The notes below the pieces were generated by a model that was not told the DNA's origin, did not search any database, and worked only from the letters and a program-made list of their open reading frames with translations. From an uncultured bacterium (GTDB taxonomy: Bacteria > Abyssobacteria > SURF-5): a DNA stretch of 64,000 nt. The stretch covers positions 153,941 to 217,940 of the forward strand of contig CAZSKP010000001.1 in the NCBI GenBank assembly GCA_964607485.1. Direction: 5' to 3'. Made by a program: the position numbers and the translations under genes. Shown here in pieces: positions 30,744-37,709 of this stretch; position 1 is the first letter of the stretch, and the number at the start of each line of letters is the position of its first letter.

Positions 30744-32045
30744 TTATCTGTAGTCCTTCACAATATCCCACACGCCCGACAGGGGGGCCTCCACGTCCAC
30801 TTCGACCACACCGTCGTCGAGATAGCGCGTGTCCACCTTTTTTGCGCCCCTCAAGAAGGCATCCAGCCTCGTGTTGACCTCGTCGTGCTCGGCTGCATAG
30901 TCGCGGACATACGTGGCCGAATCGACCCGGATGCCGTTAATTCTCTCGAGGAGGTTACGCTTGGCGTCCACCTCCGCCGCGCGTTCGGCCAACAGTCCCG
31001 CCTGATTGGGGTCCGTCACGTCTTCGGGCGGAATGCCCGAGCCGGTCGCACGGATGTACTGTGTCGCCCACTCGGGCTCATAAGGCGCCTCCTCCGCCGC
31101 TGCTTCCGGGACGGGGCCTGCGCTCGCGCCGTAGCTTCTGGGTACACCGGAGCCCGTCGCCACGAGCGATTTGTTCTCGTAGTAGGTGTTCACCTTGTCG
31201 AACGAGTGTTCGTGCCAGCGGCCGCCGTGGTAGTGTTCCTTCACTATCCTGCGGAGTTCCTGCTGGATTTCCTGTATCGTACATTCCACGTCAACTTCGC
31301 AGATGGGCCCGGCGACGTAACGGGTGTCGAGGATGCGGCAGCCTTTGATGAATGTGTCCAGGCTCGTGTTTATCACATCGCTCTCGGCGACGAAGTCGCG
31401 CACGTACGTCTGCGAGTCGATCTGCAATCCCTTGACGCGTTCGGCCATGTTCCGGTAGGCGTCGGCGATCGCGGCGCGTCGCGCGAGCAGCCTGTCCTGC
31501 GGAGATACGCCTTGCCAATCGGGATTCATGGCGGGCGCCGGTCTTGTCGGCGCCGGCATCGGCGGCGGAGCCGTCTCCGGTTCGAGCGGTCTGGGGGCGC
31601 CCATGCCCGTGGCCGAGATAACCTTCGGAGTGTAGTAGTCATGAATCTTGTCGAAGCTGTGCTCGTGCCAGCGGCCGCCGTGATAGTGTTCCTTCACTAT
31701 CCGCTTGAGCTCTTCCTCGACCTGTTGGATGGTGACTTCGACGTCCACCTCGCAGGAGCCGTCGGCGAGCTCGCGTTCGTCAACGACACGAACGCCCTTG
31801 ATGAACGTGTCCAGCGCGGTAGCTATCTCGTCGCTTTCGGCGACGAAGTCGCGCACATACGTGGCCGACTCTATCCGCAAACCGTTCACGCGCTCGGCGA
31901 GCTGGCGATACGCATCGGCCTTCGCCGCACGACACGCGAGCAGCCTCTGTTGAGGCGTGAGCTGGGCCTCGGCGGGAACGCCCCACGCGAGAACAAGCGC
32001 CGCCACAAGCGTGATTAAGAAAACTGAGAAAATCTTCTGCCTCAT
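30744..32045 (-). CDS. Secreted protein with three LPP20/FlgP-like domains
   Basis: ATG 32045 after AAGGAGG; signal peptide ending AEA; three RLLAxRAAxxDAxRxLxERxxG...TYVRD...GxxxxD..EVDVE units and three ATGxG strands. Confidence 0.8.
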   Translation of the reverse strand: MRQKIFSVFLITLVAALVLAWGVPAEAQLTPQQRLLACRAAKADAYRQLAERVNGLRIESATYVRDFVAESDEIATALDTFIKGVRVVDERELADGSCEVDVEVTIQQVEEELKRIVKEHYHGGRWHEHSFDKIHDYYTPKVISATGMGAPRPLEPETAPPPMPAPTRPAPAMNPDWQGVSPQDRLLARRAAIADAYRNMAERVKGLQIDSQTYVRDFVAESDVINTSLDTFIKGCRILDTRYVAGPICEVDVECTIQEIQQELRRIVKEHYHGGRWHEHSFDKVNTYYENKSLVATGSGVPRSYGASAGPVPEAAAEEAPYEPEWATQYIRATGSGIPPEDVTDPNQAGLLAERAAEVDAKRNLLERINGIRVDSATYVRDYAAEHDEVNTRLDAFLRGAKKVDTRYLDDGVVEVDVEAPLSGVWDIVKDYR

Positions 32046-32094
32046 TTCCAAGCCCTCCTTCCCTACGATTCCTGAATTCCGTCGTGCATCGTTC

Positions 32095-32117
32095 GTGCGA
32101 ATGAATTCGCACCTACA
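32095..32117 (-). repeat. GTAG-type REP-like palindrome
   Basis: Minus strand TGTAG-GTGCGAAT-TC-ATTCGCAC; intergenic. Confidence 0.6.
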
Positions 32118-32133
32118 CAATTGACGGCTTGTT

Positions 32134-32760
32134 TCACTGTCCCTCGGCCTCCGATTCTCCTTCTTCCGTTTTTTGCTTTTCCCTTTTTGCAAAAAGCTCT
32201 TGCCATTCCTCCTTGGTGATTTCGCGTCGTTCGGGCTCGACTTCGACCACGGCTACGCCGTTTTCTCTCAGGACATTCGTGAGGTTCTCGTAACTGACCG
32301 AACGGCCTCCGACGCGGCTGACGCTGACGGGCAGCTCCATATCGGCTTCGACGTGTCCGTCGTAGTAATAGCGGGTCTCGACGACGGTCGCGCCTTTCAC
32401 GAAGTCGGTGACGGATTCATAGTACGTTCTGCCGGTCAGAGAGCTCACCACCCTGCCGCGCATGGCGGCGAGCTTTCGGTAACCGTCCACGATCGCCGCC
32501 CTGCGCGCCATCAGACGTGCCTGCGGGCCCGAATGGCGCGGAGATTCGTATCCTGTGCCCGTGGCCCGGACGACCATGCTCGCCTTGTGCGCGCTCTCGC
32601 TCACTTTCTTCCTATCAACCTTCACGAACGCGTCTTCTTTCGCAAAGGCCGTGGAGGCGAAGATTGCGAGGGCTCCGACCACACAGGTCAGAACGGCAAG
32701 AGAGCCGGATTTTTTGGCATTGGGAGGCCTCATTATCGAAGCACCACCCTTACTCTTCAT
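32134..32760 (-). CDS. Secreted single-domain LPP20/FlgP-like protein
   Basis: Signal peptide ending AFA; VRATGTG...QARLMARRAAIVDGYRKLA...VKGATVVET..DGHVEADMEL. Confidence 0.72.
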   Translation of the reverse strand: MKSKGGASIMRPPNAKKSGSLAVLTCVVGALAIFASTAFAKEDAFVKVDRKKVSESAHKASMVVRATGTGYESPRHSGPQARLMARRAAIVDGYRKLAAMRGRVVSSLTGRTYYESVTDFVKGATVVETRYYYDGHVEADMELPVSVSRVGGRSVSYENLTNVLRENGVAVVEVEPERREITKEEWQELFAKREKQKTEEGESEAEGQ

Positions 32761-32774
32761 GTGTCCAGCCCGAC

Positions 32775-33719
32775 TCAGCGAGGCGGCGGAGGCGCTACCT
32801 TTCGTCGAACGATCATGCCGGGCTCGATCTTGTCCAATCCGTACAGTATCAGCGCCCGGCTGACCGTATCGTACACTTTTGTGACGCTGACTTCGCCGAC
32901 CTTGTCCTCTATCACGTGCCCGCCGGGCAGCTCTTCCTTGACGATGACTGCGAACACTTCGCCCACGAATACGGAATCGGCCATGCCCATGTCGAAGAAG
33001 ACCTCATCGCCCGTTCTCTTCAGGATCGTCGGCACGAAGAGCTTGGTCTTGGCGTTGCGGACGGCGTCGTTTATCGCGATGTCTATCGCTTCGCCGATAG
33101 CACCGCGGTTGAGCTGCCCCCATGCGATGCCGCGCGGATTGTATATGTCGAAGCCGACTCCGCTGCCGTTACGGTGGCCGGCGCCCTCGGCGATTATCTG
33201 TTCGCCCGTCTCGACGTTGATAAACGAGACCGCCACGCCGACGTCAACCTGGAAACTTGTCATGCCGAACCCGTCGGCGCCGTGGTTGCCCGTGATGGCG
33301 CCGATCAGCCCGCCGATGGGCAAGGCGTTTTGGATGAAGTTGAACTGATGAAGATTGCCGACGACGAGGTAATCAATTCCCAGCAGCTTGCCGACCTCTT
33401 TGGCGGTCGAGGGGTCCACGAGCCCGCTCAGTTCCAGGTGTTGTTCCCTCATGACGTCTTCCAGGCGGAGCCTATCGACTATCGTGAATCTCTGAGTCCT
33501 GTCCAGCGCGAGGTTGAGCTTGTCGGCGAGCCCTATGCCGACTTCCAGCGGCTTGCCGGTCGAGTTCGTGAACCGGGAGACCGCCACGACGGTCCGCTTG
33601 GGGCCTTCTTCGGATTCCTGTGCGTTCGCAGATGACGGTCGTTGGAGCGCGAGCGTCAGTACGAACACGAAGGCAAACGGCGCCAAATAATTGACAAGCC
33701 GATTCGCCGTCCTCTTCAT
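32775..33719 (-). CDS. CsgG/HfaB-like protein with C-terminal FlgT_C-like beta domain
   Basis: Signal peptide; VAVSRFTN, RFTIVDR.RLEDVMREQ.L..SGLVDPSTAKEVGKLLGIDYLVVG, FINVETGE; C-terminal FDMG..D.V.VGEVFAV. Confidence 0.8.
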   Translation of the reverse strand: MKRTANRLVNYLAPFAFVFVLTLALQRPSSANAQESEEGPKRTVVAVSRFTNSTGKPLEVGIGLADKLNLALDRTQRFTIVDRLRLEDVMREQHLELSGLVDPSTAKEVGKLLGIDYLVVGNLHQFNFIQNALPIGGLIGAITGNHGADGFGMTSFQVDVGVAVSFINVETGEQIIAEGAGHRNGSGVGFDIYNPRGIAWGQLNRGAIGEAIDIAINDAVRNAKTKLFVPTILKRTGDEVFFDMGMADSVFVGEVFAVIVKEELPGGHVIEDKVGEVSVTKVYDTVSRALILYGLDKIEPGMIVRRKVAPPPPR

Positions 33720-33751
33720 CTGGCATCTCCTCTGATGTTTTTCGCTTCGCC

Positions 33752-34900
33752 TTACTTGGCGCGCATCTCGACACGGTTTGCCGTGAGGCCGACTATTTCC
33801 AGAGTGAACGTCCCGAAGTCGGTTGCCGCCAGTTCCTCGGCGAGGCGCTCGGCGTCGGCCCGATAGTCAACGTCGAGGACGGCGGACTTGGCCGCGAAGC
33901 TGCGCTGTTGTATGTCTTGGACGCCCTTGATTTCTCTCAAAGCTTTCTTGAAGCTGGCGAGCTGGCTGAAATCGATGTTGTTGATAGTCAATTGCACACT
34001 CGCGCCGCCCACGATGTCGGCGCTCCAGCGTTTCGCTATCTGAGCTATCAGGTCGTCGGAGAGCTGCGAGGCGGCCTGCTGGACGGCCTTCTTGCCGGCG
34101 ACGGCCTCGGAGATGTCGGCTCCGCTGGCCTGTGCCGTGCCCGCGGCGATTATCTCGGCCGTGTCGCACCTGATGGCGCGGGCCTCGACGCTGCCCCGTG
34201 CCGATTCCATCCTGTAAACTTTCCCGCCGGTCTCGCTGAACGCTTTGCCGACGATGATGACCTCCGCTCCGTAGCGCAGGCCTATCTGAGCCGCCGCCGC
34301 GTCGTCACCCTGGAGAACGGCCTTCATCTCGTCGCTCTTGCGCACCTTTTCGCTCTGCGACTGGTCCACAACTTTGAATTCCTTATCGAGGAACTTCGAG
34401 ATCATCGTGGTCTCGCTGGCGGGCTGATCGACATAGCTCCACAGGTGCTGTTCGGATATGACTATCATGATGCGCGGCTTGTGCTTGGCTTCCTGGAGGA
34501 TGTTGAGCGCAATCAGGTCTTCCTCTATCGATTCGCTTGAAACGTCGCAGCGGACGTCCATCTTGTAGCGGTCGCCGAGCGAGTATTCTGAAAGAATTTC
34601 CCACCCCTTGACATAGCCGCGGGCCTTGGTGAAGATGTTGTCGTCTATTACCCGATAGTTTTGAACAAGTGTGTCGGCGGCGATGAGGGTTCCGACCCCT
34701 TGTTCCACCGCTTTTCGGAAGGCGTCGAGCAACGCGGCCTCTTTCGCCGAGTCGACGTTGCCCTGAATTATGGCCGCCTCTCCCGTTACGGTAATCGTCT
34801 CGGCGAAGAGGCGCCCCGATACGAAGACGAGCGACAAGGCCAACGCAACTGCCGCCAGGCCGCCGCCTTTGCAGAAAAAAATGCGCCCGACCCGTTTCAC
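33752..34900 (-). CDS. Secreted protein with FlgT N-terminal-like domain and CsgG-like middle domain
   Basis: GTG start after GGGAGG; signal peptide; TVTGEAAI...AKEAALLDAFRKAVEQGVGT; KPRIMIVISE...FKVVDQ...GAEVIIVGKA. Confidence 0.75.
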   Translation of the reverse strand: MKRVGRIFFCKGGGLAAVALALSLVFVSGRLFAETITVTGEAAIIQGNVDSAKEAALLDAFRKAVEQGVGTLIAADTLVQNYRVIDDNIFTKARGYVKGWEILSEYSLGDRYKMDVRCDVSSESIEEDLIALNILQEAKHKPRIMIVISEQHLWSYVDQPASETTMISKFLDKEFKVVDQSQSEKVRKSDEMKAVLQGDDAAAAQIGLRYGAEVIIVGKAFSETGGKVYRMESARGSVEARAIRCDTAEIIAAGTAQASGADISEAVAGKKAVQQAASQLSDDLIAQIAKRWSADIVGGASVQLTINNIDFSQLASFKKALREIKGVQDIQQRSFAAKSAVLDVDYRADAERLAEELAATDFGTFTLEIVGLTANRVEMRAK

Positions 34901-35031
34901 GATACAATTCCTCCCTTTCTTTTGATTGTTTTGGAATTAGACGCTCGTCGGCCGAAAATATTCACTCTTTTCCGCCTCTAAGGCCGGTTTCTTCCCGAAG
35001 AAACGGGCAACGCAGCTGGTCCGGAAACCTA

Positions 35032-35061
35032 AATATAGCACCATGTTCGGCCCTATGTCAA
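35032..35061 (-). promoter_or_regulatory. Sigma70-type promoter of the FlgT/CsgG/LPP20 operon
   Basis: Minus strand TTGACA-N18-TATATT with extended -10 TG. Confidence 0.55.
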
Positions 35062-35837
35062 TTCTGTCGCGCGGGCTTTTTGTCCGCGTCGGGGGCGACT
35101 TCGAGGAGGCTGTCGAAGGTGGGCGTGTAGGTGGAGGCGATGTGCTCCGCTTTCTTAATAAGCAGCTCAGAAGCCAGCGAGCCGACCAGCGTGACCCTGT
35201 TGTTGCGGACCTCGACGTGAGCGCCGTATATCCCCGATTCGCGGAGCTCTCTCTGTATTTCCCGGGCCAAGATGCGTGCGTTGCGCGAGCTGAGGGAGGT
35301 GAGATTGATGATGGAAGGATTGTCGCCGACGGTTCGTTCTATCTCATCCATGTCCTCGAGATAGAGCACTCTGCCATCGACGAGTATTTTGCCTTTCACC
35401 ACCTCGATATCTATGCCCTGGATGTGACCGATCTTCTTCTTGAGTTCTTTTACAAACTCATCGGGGTCGGCCACGAACACGCGAACCTTGAAAGCGACCT
35501 TCTCGCCGTTGTCCATCTGCACGATGACGCTTCCTACGCCGGGCGAGTTGGCGCTCACCACCATCTCTTGATTTGCGGAGATGAACGCGTCGGCGACTTC
35601 GGGCCGCGTGACGGCTACGTCGAGAACTTTCGCGTCGAAGTGGACCCGCCTCTTCTCGCCGACCTTTGTCTCGATTGTCTTCTCCTTGGTGATGATGGAT
35701 TCGACAGCGTCAACGGGGGAGGAAATCTCGGGCGCCTTCTCTTCGGCGGCCAGGCCGGTGCTCGGCGTCGCTACGGCCAGGCTCACAATCGCAAACAACA
35801 GCAGTCTGAGAAACTTATCCATGCCGTTCTGTTTCAT
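35058..35837 (-). CDS. Protein with CpaC/RcpA-type pilus-secretin N-terminal domain plus BON-like domains, no secretin barrel
   Basis: Signal peptide; VLDVAVTRPEVADA...VVSANSPGVGSVIV; KILVDGRV; VEVRNNRVTLVG...KKAEHIA. Confidence 0.65.
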   Translation of the reverse strand: MKQNGMDKFLRLLLFAIVSLAVATPSTGLAAEEKAPEISSPVDAVESIITKEKTIETKVGEKRRVHFDAKVLDVAVTRPEVADAFISANQEMVVSANSPGVGSVIVQMDNGEKVAFKVRVFVADPDEFVKELKKKIGHIQGIDIEVVKGKILVDGRVLYLEDMDEIERTVGDNPSIINLTSLSSRNARILAREIQRELRESGIYGAHVEVRNNRVTLVGSLASELLIKKAEHIASTYTPTFDSLLEVAPDADKKPARQN

Positions 35838-35917
35838 CGTTTTCGCTCGGGCCGGGCGGCTTCCTGCCGATTCAGCCTGAACGGAAAAGAAATCTTTCGG
35901 CGCACCGTATCAGCGAT

Positions 35918-36934
35918 TCAGACGCGCTCGCGGAAATGTTCGCCGTAGGGAAAGATGCCGGGATAGCCGCCGGTGTGCATGAATACGATGTTTTCGTCTT
36001 TGCGGAATTTACCCTTCCTGATGAGGTCGATCATGCCCGCCATGGTTTTGCCCGTGTACGTCGGGTCCAGAAAGATGCCTTCAAGCCGGGCCACGAGTTT
36101 GATTGCCTCGATGCATCCGGGCGTGATCTTGCCGTAGGCCTCGCCGTAATAATCGTAATGCACAATCACGTCGTCGGGCTTTGCGTTCGGCCGTTCTCCG
36201 ATGAGGTCGCCGATCTCGTTGACGATCACCTCGATGGGTGGCAGGCCGAGTTCTTCGAGAGAGCCCTCCTTGTTCACCCCGACGCCGTTCACTTTCGTGG
36301 GCATGTCGAGGCACTTGACTCCGGCAAGCAGGCCCGCGTGGGTGCCGCCGGTGCCCATGGCGACGAATATGTGGTCGATCCTGATGCCGTTCTCGCGAGC
36401 CTGCTCGAACAGCTCGAGCGCGGCGAGGTAGTACCCCACGTCGCCCAGCGGTGTGGAGCCTCCGGGCGGGATCATGTACACGCTGCGTCCCTTCTCGGTC
36501 AGGTCTTGCACGATGTTGAAAACCGCCAGCCGCATCTCGTCCAGCTTGGACGAATCGCTGAAGTCGGGCAGGAAGAGGTATTCGCACCCCATGATTTCAT
36601 CCAGCAGGAGGTTTCCGGTCAGTTCGCCGGACTTGTCTCCGGACAGCACGAGGAGACACTTGAGACCCAGCTTGCATGCGGCTGCGGCGGTCATGCGGCA
36701 GTGGTTGGATTGCAGCGCGCCGAACGTGAGCACTGTGTCGGCCTTGTTCTTGAGCGCGTCGGCGAGCAGGAATTCGAGCTTGCGCGCCTTGTTCCCGCCC
36801 GTGGCCAGGCCGGTCATGTCGTCGCGTTTCATCCATATCTGTGGTCCGCCGAGATGCCTTGTCAGCGCCGGCAGCGGCTCGAGAGGGGTGGGAAGAAAAG
36901 ACAGCGGTACTCGGGGAATGTCATCCAGCTTCAT
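35918..36934 (-). CDS. D-cysteine desulfhydrase / ACC deaminase family PLP enzyme
   Basis: PTPLE, KRDD.TG...GGNKARKLE, QSNH, GTGGT, LDPTYTGK, HTGG. Confidence 0.93.
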   Translation of the reverse strand: MKLDDIPRVPLSFLPTPLEPLPALTRHLGGPQIWMKRDDMTGLATGGNKARKLEFLLADALKNKADTVLTFGALQSNHCRMTAAAACKLGLKCLLVLSGDKSGELTGNLLLDEIMGCEYLFLPDFSDSSKLDEMRLAVFNIVQDLTEKGRSVYMIPPGGSTPLGDVGYYLAALELFEQARENGIRIDHIFVAMGTGGTHAGLLAGVKCLDMPTKVNGVGVNKEGSLEELGLPPIEVIVNEIGDLIGERPNAKPDDVIVHYDYYGEAYGKITPGCIEAIKLVARLEGIFLDPTYTGKTMAGMIDLIRKGKFRKDENIVFMHTGGYPGIFPYGEHFRERV

Positions 36935-36977
36935 GGAGTTCTCCTCTTTGCATCAGCACGTCTGCGCCGCGGACCGT

Positions 36978-37472
36978 TCATTTTCTCAGGAGCGCCAGAA
37001 GCTTCTCAAGATGTTCTTGTTCTTCACCGATGAGCTCGTTGATGGCGGCTCTCCCCGTCTTATCTTGCGTGTTCTGGAGGATTTCGTTGTAAAATGAGAT
37101 CGAGCGCCTTTCGACGGAGATGCCCAGCTTGAGAGCTTCCTGCGGATTGCAGAGTATGTCCGCAACGAGTTTTGGGTCCTTGAGAATATCCATCACCTTC
37201 GAGTCAACGATGTCCGTGAGGGTTTCTTCCTCGTCGAGGACGTTGTGCTTGCGGGCGAGCTCCTCGACCTTTCTCTCGAACAAGCTGACATGCTTTCGTT
37301 CATCCTTGATGAGCATTTCGAGGACTTCGCGGATTTGGGGCTTGAGCGCTTCTTCCTTCATCCGGGAGTAATAGTAAACGCCGTCTTCCTCCATTTTCCG
37401 GGCGATTCGGTAAGCTTCGAGTTCGTCGAAATCGAATATCTGAATTTCGTCGCCGCTGAAATCAACCTTCAT
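36978..37472 (-). CDS. Ferritin-like (rubrerythrin family) diiron protein
   Basis: E..G..YY, DERKH, E..SISFY, EEQEH paired diiron motifs. Confidence 0.85.
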   Translation of the reverse strand: MKVDFSGDEIQIFDFDELEAYRIARKMEEDGVYYYSRMKEEALKPQIREVLEMLIKDERKHVSLFERKVEELARKHNVLDEEETLTDIVDSKVMDILKDPKLVADILCNPQEALKLGISVERRSISFYNEILQNTQDKTGRAAINELIGEEQEHLEKLLALLRK

Positions 37473-37652
37473 CCTGCGCCTCCTTCCCCGCTCATCTGAT
37501 ATGGCGTCGTCGGTGTGAAATCGGGCGAACCTGCTTCATGCCTGGCGTGATGTTTGGACCAAGGGTGTCGATTCTCCGGGGGATCTGCCTGCATTTTTCG
37601 CTTCGGGCGAATCAACGGGCAGACAATTCCTCAATGGCGTCGGTTCGGAATC

Positions 37653-37681
37653 ATTCTAGCACAGGGATGGGGAATTGGCAA
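37653..37681 (-). promoter_or_regulatory. Sigma70-type promoter of the ferritin-like gene
   Basis: Minus strand TTGCCA-N17-TAGAAT with extended -10 TG. Confidence 0.55.
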
Positions 37682-37709
37682 ATTGCGTGCAGGGGCGCGA
37701 TGGGCGGGA

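Noticed and set aside
30744-34900. Calling the envelope operon flagellar flgT/flgO/flgP or curli csgG
   Set aside because: Only fold-level motif similarity; no flagellar or curli genes in the window, so no gene symbols assigned
37492-37539. 15-codon minus-strand uORF (MKQVRPISHRRRHIR) in the ferritin-like gene leader
   Set aside because: No SD and no attenuator structure evident; likely chance
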